From NCBI GenBank assembly GCA_943359475.1, contig CALRHK010000001.1, positions 1-53,370 on the forward strand: 53,370 nucleotides of DNA, given 5' to 3'. Under the pieces are notes generated by a model. It was not told the origin of the DNA. It saw only the letters and a list, made by a program, of their open reading frames with translations, and searched no databases. Source of the DNA: Candidatus Nomurabacteria bacterium. GTDB taxonomy: Bacteria > Patescibacteriota > Minisyncoccia > Phycocordibacterales > UBA9973. Numbering within the stretch: position 1 is the stretch's first letter; every line of letters starts with the position of its first letter. A program made the position numbers and the translations under genes. Of the stretch, positions 42,456-51,397 are shown piece after piece.

Positions 42456-43085
42456 ATGACAAGCACAATCAACACTATTTTCTATATCGGTATCCTTATT
42501 ATGTCGGTCGTTATACACGAAGTGGCACACGGTGTTGCTGCTGAACGCTATGGGGATCCTACTGCACGTATGTCAGGACGACTTACGCTTAACCCGCTCA
42601 AACACCTCGACTGGTTTGGGTCTTTTGTTTTACCACTCGTCCTTATTATGGCGGGTGCGCAACCGATTGGCTGGGCAAAGCCTGTGCCGGTCAACCCAAA
42701 TAATGTGAAGTCGAAGATGGGTCGCTTTGTTATTTCTGCAGCAGGAATCTGCACAAATCTTTTAGTTGCAATTATTGGTGCACTTGTCCTTCGATCAATG
42801 GCCGCCTACGGAATTCCAGTTGATCACATTAATCCTTCGCCGACAGTATTGATAATGGACAGCATTATACTTATCAATATTCTACTAGGTATATTTAACC
42901 TGATTCCAGTGCCGCCTCTCGACGGATTTAAGATACTTTTCTCATTTTTACCAGCACGATTTGGTCGTTTTGAATCGATGCTCGATATGTATGGAATCCC
43001 TATACTTTTCATACTCATTTTCACGTTTGGCAGCTATTTAACCCCTATTGTTTTTAAGATAATGGGTCTGCTTTTGGGGGTATAG
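42456..43085 (+). CDS. site-2 protease family (M50) membrane metalloprotease
   Basis: HEVAHG zinc motif in a TM helix and NLIPVPPLDG second motif. The start is uncertain (42414 or 42456). Confidence 0.85.
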   Translation: MTSTINTIFYIGILIMSVVIHEVAHGVAAERYGDPTARMSGRLTLNPLKHLDWFGSFVLPLVLIMAGAQPIGWAKPVPVNPNNVKSKMGRFVISAAGICTNLLVAIIGALVLRSMAAYGIPVDHINPSPTVLIMDSIILINILLGIFNLIPVPPLDGFKILFSFLPARFGRFESMLDMYGIPILFILIFTFGSYLTPIVFKIMGLLLGV

Positions 43086-43160
43086 GGAAAAAACCCTTGC
43101 ATATTTTATTTGCCTCTGGTAAAGTACACGAACTAGCCTTTGGGCTATTTCATTTTATTT

Positions 43161-43580
43161 ATGGCACGAATCAGCCAACTAGTTAAAAAGCCCCGAACAA
43201 AACAAGTCCGTAAATCAAAGACGGTTGCTTTGGCGCGTGGATTTAATTCAATCAAAAACAAGCCGGTCTATTATCCTGCACCATTTAAGCGTGGCGTGTG
43301 CACAAAGGTAACTACAACTACACCTAAAAAGCCTAACTCAGCGCTCCGAAAAATTGCCCGTGTACGTCTTACGAACGGGTATGAAGTTACTGCATATATT
43401 CCAGGCGAAGGTCACAATCTCCAAGAACACTCAGTGGTAATGCTTCGAGGTGGTCGCGTGAAAGACTTGATTGGTGTGCGATACCACATTATTCGTGGCG
43501 TGCTCGATACTGCAGGCGTTGAAAAGCGTCGCCAGAGCCGTTCTCTCTATGGTAACAAGCGTCCAAAAGCAGCTAAATAA
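43161..43580 (+). CDS. rpsL: 30S ribosomal protein S12
   Basis: [12 protein letters not shown] and [26 protein letters not shown]. The start was trimmed to the ATG at 43161. Confidence 0.95.
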   Translation: MARISQLVKKPRTKQVRKSKTVALARGFNSIKNKPVYYPAPFKRGVCTKVTTTTPKKPNSALRKIARVRLTNGYEVTAYIPGEGHNLQEHSVVMLRGGRVKDLIGVRYHIIRGVLDTAGVEKRRQSRSLYGNKRPKAAK

Positions 43581-43589
43581 TAATCTACT

Positions 43590-44060
43590 ATGCGAAGAAA
43601 AGTAAAAAATCGAAATATTGCGCAACCTGACTTGGTATATAATTCCCAGCGTCTTGGTAAGTTCATCAATAACGTGATGTGGGATGGCAAAAAAGAAACG
43701 TCACGAAAGGTGGTTTACGGAGCACTCGATATCATTAAAGAAAAAACTGGCAATCCAAACCCTCTTGAAATATTCGATGCTGCACTTAAGAATGCTGGTC
43801 CACAAGTAGAAGTACGTTCACGTCGTATCGGTGGTGCAAACTACCAAGTACCTCGCGAAGTACGTCCAGAACGTCGCCAAGCTCTTGCAATCAGATGGAT
43901 TGTGAGCGCTGCTCGTCTCAAGAAAGGTCAACCAATGGCAGAGAAGCTTGCAGAAGAACTCATTCTTGCTTCAAAAAATGAAGGTGCTGCAATCAAAAAG
44001 CGCGAAGATACGCACAAGATGGCAGAATCAAACAAAGCATTTGCCCATTTTGCTTGGTAG
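43590..44060 (+). CDS. rpsG: 30S ribosomal protein S7
   Basis: VEVRSRRIGGANYQVPREVRPERRQALAIRW is conserved S7 core. Confidence 0.95.
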   Translation: MRRKVKNRNIAQPDLVYNSQRLGKFINNVMWDGKKETSRKVVYGALDIIKEKTGNPNPLEIFDAALKNAGPQVEVRSRRIGGANYQVPREVRPERRQALAIRWIVSAARLKKGQPMAEKLAEELILASKNEGAAIKKREDTHKMAESNKAFAHFAW

Positions 44061-44177
44061 AAAAGAGCCCCGAAAGGGGCTTCTTTTATAGCGGTGCAAA
44101 ATGGAGCATCCAGGTCTTAGTTTTTTATGAAATAAAAAACTGTAGAGTCGGAGTTCCCCATTTTGCTTGGTAGAAAA
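44044..44177 (+). repeat. 21-bp direct repeat duplicating the rpsG 3' end and stop codon
   Basis: cccattttgcttggtagaaaa occurs at 44044-44064 (last codons of rpsG plus stop) and again at 44157-44177. The 92-bp spacer has a terminator hairpin and a 10-bp AT palindrome (44119-44141). Confidence 0.85.
44064..44088 (+). terminator. rho-independent terminator after rpsG
   Basis: agcccc-gaaa-ggggct followed by tctttt. Confidence 0.7.
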
Positions 44178-44189
44178 TCCTCTAATACT

Positions 44190-44217
44190 AAAAAAACTCC
44201 CATGGGGAGTTTTTTTA
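44190..44217 (+). terminator. second terminator after the duplicated rpsG end
   Basis: aaaaaactccc-atg-gggagttttttt. Confidence 0.7.
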
Positions 44218-44266
44218 TTTGACATTATGGTGCAATACACGTTAGGCTTTTTAAAAAGCTCTTACT

Positions 44267-44599
44267 ATGTCAAAAGAAAAGAGGTACCTCACACATGTCG
44301 TATGCGCACCACTACCAAAAAGTGGTTTGCGAAAACTGTCTTTTCTTACCAGAAAAGAGATCACACAGACACCAGAAAAATACTTTGTAGATTTTAGTTC
44401 GACAAATTTTCCAAACAAGGAACTTGCAATACAAATCGCAGACGGACGAATTGTCGCATTACGACTTCCTGAGCAAATTGAGCGAGGTGAAGATGCATGG
44501 GTAGATACAGCAGGAAATTATTTTATTGCAGATGTTCACAACCCACTCGGGGATAAAAAAAAGAGGAAAATCGAAGTACAAAAGAAGTTTGTAAAGTAA
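44267..44599 (+). CDS. hypothetical protein (110 aa), insertion gene 1
   Basis: A clean ORF preceded by TTGACA (44219-44224) and followed by a terminator. No motif recognised. Confidence 0.55.
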   Translation: MSKEKRYLTHVVCAPLPKSGLRKLSFLTRKEITQTPEKYFVDFSSTNFPNKELAIQIADGRIVALRLPEQIERGEDAWVDTAGNYFIADVHNPLGDKKKRKIEVQKKFVK

Positions 44600-44606
44600 C
44601 ACACTT

Positions 44607-44628
44607 GAGGGCATACGCCCTCTTTTTG
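44607..44628 (+). terminator. rho-independent terminator
   Basis: gagggc-atac-gccctc followed by ttttt. Confidence 0.75.
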
Positions 44629-44629
44629 T

Positions 44630-44657
44630 TTGACAAAAAATCTCTATGAGGTAGGGT
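44630..44657 (+). promoter_or_regulatory. promoter candidate (TTGACA-N16-TAGGGT)
   Basis: TTGACA at 44630-44635 and TAGGGT at 44652-44657. Confidence 0.45.
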
Positions 44658-44689
44658 AAAAGAAAATATACACTTTAAAAAGTAAATAA

Positions 44690-45670
44690 ATGAAACATAA
44701 AATAAACAGGGGTAAAAATGTTGTTGCCACCAAACATCTTGGAGGTAAAAAGTTTGCGTTTGAATCAAAACTTCTACATGACAATAGGTGGATTCTACCC
44801 CTGTTCGTTCTGTCTGGCCTGAAGAATCGTCGCAGTATGGTAGATACTTATAGCATTGCACAATATTTTATGTTCGAGGAAATAGATGAACTATATGAGA
44901 AAATTTCTGATGATTTACATCGATACGGAAAGTATGTGTCGGAGGAAAAGTCAGATAATTTTCTGGCCGTTCTCACAAGTGGGATGGAGACTTTCGATAA
45001 TCCAGAAATTGTTGAATCTTTTTATCGCAATAAAGAAGGTGTATTCATTACAAAACAGGGAATAAATGAATATGATATTAGTAAGTATCTATTTCATGGT
45101 TGGAAAGAAAGAAACTGGTACCCTGCCACCTTGAGGGCGTTTAAACAGATGTTACCAGCGAATTTCGATATTGAACTTTTTGTCAAAATATTTGCAATGA
45201 CTAGCCCACTAACACATTTCAAGGCGAATATAACTATTGCAATGAAGGTATATGATTTGTTTAAGAAAAATAAACACATATCCACCCTTGTTCTTCCGGG
45301 CGTTGCAAAAACATTGATTGATTTTAGAGAAGAAAAATTTACCTTTAGTGGTACTGAGCGAAACGGTAGGCGAAAAATTAGTAATTTTGCTAGAGCAATC
45401 CTTGGGGATAAAGAAGCTGTAGTGGTTGATTCTCGGGTGCTGGAGGCCTATGGGTTGATGGAATATTACGAATGGAAAGGGAAAATATGGCAGTACAGTC
45501 CTCGGATTTCTGAATATGATTTGATTGAAAAGCATATAAAGTTGCTTGCAAGCGCGACAGGATATGAACCTCGACAAATTGTTTCAATGCTCTGGTCTGG
45601 GATGAAAATTGTAAATTCAAAACACAAGGCAGTAAACACAACTGCAGTTTTAAAAGAAATCACTTTTTAA
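44690..45670 (+). CDS. hypothetical protein (326 aa), insertion gene 2
   Basis: A long clean ORF with its own promoter-like site and terminator. No motif recognised. Confidence 0.65.
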   Translation: MKHKINRGKNVVATKHLGGKKFAFESKLLHDNRWILPLFVLSGLKNRRSMVDTYSIAQYFMFEEIDELYEKISDDLHRYGKYVSEEKSDNFLAVLTSGMETFDNPEIVESFYRNKEGVFITKQGINEYDISKYLFHGWKERNWYPATLRAFKQMLPANFDIELFVKIFAMTSPLTHFKANITIAMKVYDLFKKNKHISTLVLPGVAKTLIDFREEKFTFSGTERNGRRKISNFARAILGDKEAVVVDSRVLEAYGLMEYYEWKGKIWQYSPRISEYDLIEKHIKLLASATGYEPRQIVSMLWSGMKIVNSKHKAVNTTAVLKEITF

Positions 45671-45672
45671 AT

Positions 45673-45700
45673 AAAAGCCGCTCTTATTGGTGGCTTTTTT
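45673..45700 (+). terminator. rho-independent terminator
   Basis: agccgc...ggtggct stem (one G-U pair) followed by ttttt. Confidence 0.65.
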
Positions 45701-45702
45701 AT

Positions 45703-45730
45703 TTGACAAAAGAGAGGTAAAGAGTAGAGT
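45703..45730 (+). promoter_or_regulatory. promoter candidate (TTGACA-N16-TAGAGT)
   Basis: TTGACA at 45703-45708 and TAGAGT at 45725-45730. Confidence 0.5.
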
Positions 45731-45763
45731 TTGAGCAAATCCAACTCTTTAAAAAGCAAAGAC

Positions 45764-46537
45764 ATGAGAAAAAATATGATTATGTTACCAGCAAAGCACA
45801 AAACAAGCATCGGTTTTTGTGGTAATAGCCAGCACTCTGTTGTGCAGGGTTTCTACGAAGAATATGGAGCACACAATGGAATTATTGGCCGAGGATCTCG
45901 CAGGGAAAAGTGGGTTGAAAGCATTTATTTTTGTCAGTTGTGCGGTGTTACTTTTCAACCGACATTACGTAATTGTCTACAAAATGGTGAGAAAGAAAGA
46001 TATGAAAAAGCCGTTGAGCTTCTTAATAACACGTTTCCTGCAACTTTGAAGAGGACCTTACGGGTAGGCGAAGTTTTCAAAGAGCTTACGCTTGCCGGAG
46101 GTGATTCTGCAAAAATATCTTTCTTACGAAAAGATGAAATAAATGGTTTTGAAGCAAATGCACTCATTCGGGTTTTTGATGAGAATGAAAAAATACACGA
46201 CCCACTTTTGGAGAAACCTTATATTTTACCCGATGATGGCACTTTCCGTTCAGAAGTAATTTTTTGGGCGCCATGGAAGTTTGAAAAGCTACCTCTGAGT
46301 AATAAGGAAAAAAATAGTATTAAGAAGAGAGCTCGTCTCGCAAAAAAAGATTCTCGCAATGTGAGCAAGACTGCATTAATTGAGGAAATGTTAATGGAGG
46401 GTGCCTCACACCTCAAACAGAAAAAATCGAAACCACTTCCAAAGGGTGCTGTGCCTGCTACAAGAATATTCTTGATTGGAGGGCATTCGGACGCAGTTTA
46501 CTATATCCCGGAAAATACATATACCGCCGTTAGATAA
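45764..46537 (+). CDS. hypothetical protein (257 aa) with a possible CxxS...CxxC zinc-ribbon-like element, insertion gene 3
   Basis: The track ORF starts at a TTG (45731) that abuts the -10 element, so I moved the start to the first ATG (MRKNMIMLPAKHK). It contains FCGNSQHS...CQLCGVTF. Confidence 0.6.
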   Translation: MRKNMIMLPAKHKTSIGFCGNSQHSVVQGFYEEYGAHNGIIGRGSRREKWVESIYFCQLCGVTFQPTLRNCLQNGEKERYEKAVELLNNTFPATLKRTLRVGEVFKELTLAGGDSAKISFLRKDEINGFEANALIRVFDENEKIHDPLLEKPYILPDDGTFRSEVIFWAPWKFEKLPLSNKEKNSIKKRARLAKKDSRNVSKTALIEEMLMEGASHLKQKKSKPLPKGAVPATRIFLIGGHSDAVYYIPENTYTAVR

Positions 46538-46546
46538 TTATTTCAT

Positions 46547-46572
46547 AAACCCCACTAGTATGGGGTTTTTTA
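46547..46572 (+). terminator. rho-independent terminator
   Basis: aacccca-ctagta-tggggtt followed by tttt. Confidence 0.75.
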
Positions 46573-46596
46573 TTTTGCAGTAAAGTTGTCAAAGGA

Positions 46597-46625
46597 TTGC
46601 AAAAACAAGCCCCATATCGTATAGT
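46597..46625 (+). promoter_or_regulatory. promoter for fusA (TTGCAA-N17-TATAGT)
   Basis: TTGCAA at 46597-46602 and TATAGT at 46620-46625. Confidence 0.5.
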
Positions 46626-46703
46626 AGTGCCACAAGGACGCAAGTCTCTTTTTTAAATTATAATCGTCAGGCAAGAACACTTGTCGACCACACATTAAGA
46701 TAT

Positions 46704-48854
46704 ATGGACCAACGAGATTATCCATTGGAAAAAGTTCGAAATATTGGAATTATTGCCCACATTGACGCGGGTAAAACAACCACGACTGAACGTGTGTTGT
46801 ATTACACTGGTGTGTCACACAAAATTGGTGAAGTGCACGATGGTGAGACGACGACCGACTGGATGGAGCAAGAGCGTGAACGTGGTATCACGATTACCTC
46901 TGCAGCAGTAACTTGTTTCTGGACACCTACATACGCACCTGGTGATAAAAACAAGAAGCATCGTTTCAATATTATCGATACTCCTGGACACATCGACTTT
47001 ACTGTAGAAGTAAAGCGTTCACTTCGCGTGCTTGACGGTGCGGTGGTGGTCTTTGATGGTGTAGCTGGCGTAGAACCTCAATCAGAAACCAACTGGCGTT
47101 ATGCCGACGAAGCAATGGTGCCTCGTATTTGTTTCGTAAACAAGCTTGATCGTACTGGTGCATCATTTGAACACTCATACAAAACGATTCTCGAACGTCT
47201 TTCAAAAAAGGCGGTACGTATGCAAATCCCTATTGGTCTTGAAGACAAACATGAAGGCGTGATCGATCTCTTGAAGATGAAAGCCTATTTCTTCGAAGGC
47301 GACATGGGAAACAAGGTTATTGAAAAGGAAATTCCAGAGGAGTACAAAGCTGATGCGGAAAAGTATCATGCTGAACTCATCGAAACGATTGTATCGCACG
47401 ACGAAAAGGCGATGACTGAATATCTTGATGGTAAGGTGCCTGATATCGATACACTCAAGAAGATTCTTCGTAAGGCGGTGATTGCCAACGATGTCTTTCC
47501 TGTATATGCAGGCTCAGCGCTTAAAAACAAAGGAGTACAGCTCGTACTCGACGGTGTTGTTGATTATCTCCCTGCGCCAACAGACATCCCAGCTATCAAA
47601 GGTGTTAACCCTGACACAGAAGAGCCACTCGAGCGTCATGCATCTGATACCGAGCCATTTTCTGCACTTGCGTTTAAGATTGCGACTGATCCGTTCGTAG
47701 GACAGCTTATCTTCTTCCGTGTGTACTCAGGTACACTTACTGCAGGCTCATATGTCTACAACCCACGTACGCGCAACAAAGAGCGCATCGGTCGCATTCT
47801 ACGAATGCATGCGAATGATCGAGAAGAAGTAAAAAAAGTGTACGCAGGTGAAATCGCAGCAGCAGTTGGTCTTAAGGATACAATCACTTCAGACACACTC
47901 TGTGATGAAAACAATCCCGTTGCACTCGATCGTATTGTCTTCCCAGAACCAGTTATCTCACTCCGCATTGAACCAAAAACAAAAGCTGATCAAGAAAAAA
48001 TGGGTATGGCACTCAACCGCCTTGCACAGGAAGATCCAACATTCAAAGTGTCATCTGACCAAGAAACTGGCGAAACAATTATCGCCGGCATGGGAGAACT
48101 ACACCTTGAAATCATTGTTGATCGTATGAAGCGTGAGTTCAGTGTTGAATCAAATGTAGGTAAGCCACAAGTTGCATACCGTGAGACTATTACAGGTAAT
48201 GCTGATGCTGAAGGTAAGTACATCAAGCAGTCTGGTGGTCGTGGTAACTATGGTCACGTGAAAATCAAGGTTAAGCCAATGGAAATGCTTACAAAGGAGC
48301 AAATTGAAGATTTGCCTCGCAATGTGAAGCGCGATGCACACTTCGAATTCATTAACACAATCAAAGGTGGTGCAATCCCTCAGGAATATATTGCTCCTGT
48401 AGAAAAGGGTCTCAAAGAAGGTCTCGAACGAGGTATTCTTGCAGGCTTTCGCATGGTGAATGTGTCTGTTGAGCTTTGGGATGGTAGCTACCACGAAGTT
48501 GACTCAAACGAAATGGCTTTCAAAATTGCCGCTTCAATGGCAGTTCAAGATGCGTGTAAGGCAGCACGTCCAGTGATTCTCGAGCCAATGATGAAAGTTG
48601 AAGTTATTACTCCAGAAAAATTCATGGGTGATGTCACGGGTAACCTTTCATCAAAACGTGGACTTATCGAAGGCATGGAAGATCGTGGCATGAACAAAGC
48701 TATCAAAGCAGTGGTTCCACTTTCTGAAATGTTCGGTTACATGACAAGCCTTCGTTCAATGACTGAAGGTCGCGCGGGGTTCACTATGGAATTCCTTCGC
48801 TACGATATTGTGCCAACAAACGTTGCTGACGAAATCATTAAATCAAGAAAGTAA
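46704..48854 (+). CDS. fusA: elongation factor G
   Basis: [32 protein letters not shown] and NKLDR G-domain motifs, with domains II-V conserved. Confidence 0.97.
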   Translation: MDQRDYPLEKVRNIGIIAHIDAGKTTTTERVLYYTGVSHKIGEVHDGETTTDWMEQERERGITITSAAVTCFWTPTYAPGDKNKKHRFNIIDTPGHIDFTVEVKRSLRVLDGAVVVFDGVAGVEPQSETNWRYADEAMVPRICFVNKLDRTGASFEHSYKTILERLSKKAVRMQIPIGLEDKHEGVIDLLKMKAYFFEGDMGNKVIEKEIPEEYKADAEKYHAELIETIVSHDEKAMTEYLDGKVPDIDTLKKILRKAVIANDVFPVYAGSALKNKGVQLVLDGVVDYLPAPTDIPAIKGVNPDTEEPLERHASDTEPFSALAFKIATDPFVGQLIFFRVYSGTLTAGSYVYNPRTRNKERIGRILRMHANDREEVKKVYAGEIAAAVGLKDTITSDTLCDENNPVALDRIVFPEPVISLRIEPKTKADQEKMGMALNRLAQEDPTFKVSSDQETGETIIAGMGELHLEIIVDRMKREFSVESNVGKPQVAYRETITGNADAEGKYIKQSGGRGNYGHVKIKVKPMEMLTKEQIEDLPRNVKRDAHFEFINTIKGGAIPQEYIAPVEKGLKEGLERGILAGFRMVNVSVELWDGSYHEVDSNEMAFKIAASMAVQDACKAARPVILEPMMKVEVITPEKFMGDVTGNLSSKRGLIEGMEDRGMNKAIKAVVPLSEMFGYMTSLRSMTEGRAGFTMEFLRYDIVPTNVADEIIKSRK

Positions 48855-48860
48855 GACACA

Positions 48861-48888
48861 AAAAACCGCTCAGAAGAGCGGTTTTTTG
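48861..48888 (+). terminator. rho-independent terminator after fusA
   Basis: accgctc-agaa-gagcggt followed by tttttt. Confidence 0.8.
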
Positions 48889-48901
48889 TTATGTTGGTAA
48901 T

Positions 48902-48929
48902 TTGACATACAGCCTTATTCTGCTATGAT
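48902..48929 (+). promoter_or_regulatory. promoter for tuf (TTGACA-N16-TATGAT, TG-extended)
   Basis: TTGACA at 48902-48907 and TGcTATGAT ending at 48929. This leaves a leader of about 170 nt before the tuf ATG. Confidence 0.55.
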
Positions 48930-49106
48930 GAAGGGCAATCGCAATTTGCGACCCTTTTCGGAGGGCTGTCTCTCAAACCTATGGAGAAACAGAGTTCGTT
49001 TTTGGTCTAAAAACGAGATTTATTAATATTTACAATGCTTGCTACCTTTCCGTGTCACTGATCTTAAAAACAGTGGTTCGTATGGGTAACGAGTAAATTA
49101 AATCAT

Positions 49107-50300
49107 ATGGCAGAAGCTTTTGATCGTTCAAAGCCACACGTAAACGTGGGTACCATTGGTCACGTTGACCACGGTAAGACTACGCTTACAGCGGCAATCC
49201 TCCATGTTCTCAACATGCAGGGAAGTAAAGTTAAAATGAAGGGTGTCGGTGAAATCGACTCAGCGCCTGAAGAAAAGGCTCGTGGTATTACCATTAACCT
49301 TTCTCACAATGAGTACGAAACGGCAGCTCGCCACTACGCACACATTGATGCTCCTGGTCACGCTGACTACATTAAAAACATGATTACTGGTGCTGCACAG
49401 ATGGACGGCGCGATTCTTGTCGTTGCTGCAACAGACGGCGCAATGCCACAGACACGTGAACACGTTCTCCTTGCAAAACAAGTTGGCGTGCCAAAAATCA
49501 TCGTGTTCTTGAACAAGTGTGATATGGTCCCAGATACAGAAATGATTGACCTCGTTGAAGAGGAAATCCGCGAAATCCTTGAAAAGCAAGGTTTTGATGG
49601 TGCAAATGCACCTGTTATCCGTGGTTCAGGTCTCAAGGCACTTGAAGCAACATCACTTGATGATCCATGGGCACAAAAAGTTCTTGAGCTCACGAATGCA
49701 CTCGATACCTATATCCCAGTGCCAGAACGTGATACTACAAAGCCATTCCTTATGCCAATTGAAGACATTTTCTCAATTGAAGGACGCGGTACTGTAGTAA
49801 CTGGTAAAATCGAACGTGGTATCGTCAAAGTTGGCGAAGACGTTGAAATTATTGGTATCAAACCAACTTCAAAAACAACTGTTACCGGTATTGAAATGTT
49901 CAACAAGTCACTCAATGAAGGTATGGCTGGCGACAACGCTGGTATCCTCCTCCGCGGTGTTAAGAAAGAAGATCTTACTCGTGGTCAAGTGCTTGCAAAG
50001 CCAGGCTCAGTGACTCCACACGACGCATTCGAATGTGAAGTGTACGTGCTCAAAAAGGAAGAAGGTGGTCGTCACACCCCATTCTTTAAAGGTTACAAGC
50101 CACAGTTCTACATCCGTACGACAGACGTTACTGGAGATGTTGAACTTGCAGCGGGTACTGAAATGGTTATGCCGGGTGATACCGCAAAGCTCTCAGTGAA
50201 ACTCGTAACCCCAGTCGCTCTTGAAGAGCAAATGCGTTTCGCAATCCGCGAAGGCGGTAAGACTGTCGGTGCAGGTGTGGTTACTAAAATCATTAAGTAA
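49107..50300 (+). CDS. tuf: elongation factor Tu
   Basis: [24 protein letters not shown] and NKCD motifs, 397 aa. Confidence 0.98.
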   Translation: MAEAFDRSKPHVNVGTIGHVDHGKTTLTAAILHVLNMQGSKVKMKGVGEIDSAPEEKARGITINLSHNEYETAARHYAHIDAPGHADYIKNMITGAAQMDGAILVVAATDGAMPQTREHVLLAKQVGVPKIIVFLNKCDMVPDTEMIDLVEEEIREILEKQGFDGANAPVIRGSGLKALEATSLDDPWAQKVLELTNALDTYIPVPERDTTKPFLMPIEDIFSIEGRGTVVTGKIERGIVKVGEDVEIIGIKPTSKTTVTGIEMFNKSLNEGMAGDNAGILLRGVKKEDLTRGQVLAKPGSVTPHDAFECEVYVLKKEEGGRHTPFFKGYKPQFYIRTTDVTGDVELAAGTEMVMPGDTAKLSVKLVTPVALEEQMRFAIREGGKTVGAGVVTKIIK

Positions 50301-50335
50301 TCAAACCTAGGTATTAGGTTCGTTCATTACATTAC

Positions 50336-50692
50336 ATGGCTACCAAAGAAAAAAAACCAAAAAAGACAGCAGTGAAAGAAGAAGGTGGCGTGATGCTTCG
50401 CATCCGCGTACGTGCATACGAGAATAAGATTCTTGATGCGTCAGTCAAGCAGATAATTGATACTGCACTTCGCCATGATGCGAAAGTACAGGGACCAGTT
50501 CCACTTCCAACTGAAATCAAAAAGTACACAGTGAATCGTTCACCATTTATCTACAAAAATGCTCGTGAGCAGTTTGAAATCCGCACACATAAGCGTTTGA
50601 TAGATATTGTGAATCCGTCTGCAAAGACAATCGAGGCACTCACCAACCTCTCTCTTCCTTCTGGTGTTGATATTGACGTTAAAATGATGTAA
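50336..50692 (+). CDS. rpsJ: 30S ribosomal protein S10 (with Lys-rich N-terminal tail if the start is at 50336)
   Basis: LRIRVRAYENKILD...GPVPLPT...FEIRTHKRLIDI is S10 core. A canonical-length alternative start lies at 50393. Confidence 0.93.
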   Translation: MATKEKKPKKTAVKEEGGVMLRIRVRAYENKILDASVKQIIDTALRHDAKVQGPVPLPTEIKKYTVNRSPFIYKNAREQFEIRTHKRLIDIVNPSAKTIEALTNLSLPSGVDIDVKMM

Positions 50693-50709
50693 CGCAACGG
50701 CGTTGAATC

Positions 50710-50746
50710 GACGTGAGCGTACGGATCTTCCGTACGTACTCACGTC
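50710..50746 (+). promoter_or_regulatory. long intergenic stem-loop between rpsJ and rplC
   Basis: gacgtgag-cgtacgga-tct-tccgtacg-(ta)-ctcacgtc forms about 16 bp with one 2-nt bulge. No T-run follows. Confidence 0.6.
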
Positions 50747-50775
50747 TGTTCGCGATACCTTCCTCTCTCAAAATT

Positions 50776-51384
50776 ATGAAATTCATTATCGGAACAAAAA
50801 AGCATATGGTGCAGTACTTTGCTGAAGATGGCAAAGCATATCCTGCAACACTTGTTGAAGCAGGACCACTGACTGTGACCGCGCTTAAGACGAACGACAA
50901 TGCAGGTTATTCTGCAGTGCAAGTTGGTTTTGGCACACAGAAGAAAGAACGCCTCTCAAAACCTGTACTTGGCCATTTGAAAGACAAGGGACCATTCCGC
51001 ACACTCAAAGAGTTTCGCATCGAAGGTGCAACAGAACTCAAAGAAGGTGATGTGATTGATGCAACAGTGTTTACAAAAGGTGACACTGTCCGCGTCTCAG
51101 GACTCTCAAAGTCAAAAGGTTTTCAGGGTGTAGTAAAGCGTTATAACTTCAAAGGCGGTCCACGAACACACGGTCAGAAACATTCTGAACGTGAACCTGG
51201 ATCTATCGGTGGTGGTCTTCGTACACGTGTGCCAAAAGGTATGCGTATGGCGGGACGCACTGGTGGTGATAAGGTTACTCTTCGAAATCTCGAGGTACTT
51301 GAGGTAAATCTAGAAAATAACAGCTTGCTTATTAAAGGTGCGCTTCCAGGTCGTCGCGGAAGCCTTGTAGAAATTGTCGGCTAG
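50776..51384 (+). CDS. rplC: 50S ribosomal protein L3
   Basis: MKFIIGTKKHMVQYF...GFQGVVKRYNFKGGPRTHGQKHSEREPGSIG. The start was trimmed to 50776. Confidence 0.95.
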   Translation: MKFIIGTKKHMVQYFAEDGKAYPATLVEAGPLTVTALKTNDNAGYSAVQVGFGTQKKERLSKPVLGHLKDKGPFRTLKEFRIEGATELKEGDVIDATVFTKGDTVRVSGLSKSKGFQGVVKRYNFKGGPRTHGQKHSEREPGSIGGGLRTRVPKGMRMAGRTGGDKVTLRNLEVLEVNLENNSLLIKGALPGRRGSLVEIVG

Positions 51385-51397
51385 ACCGAATAAATAT

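Noticed and set aside
45731-45763. TTG start codon given by the ORF track for the third insertion gene
   Set aside because: The TTG directly abuts the predicted -10 hexamer (45725-45730), so it would lie upstream of the transcript start. The first ATG (45764) was used instead.
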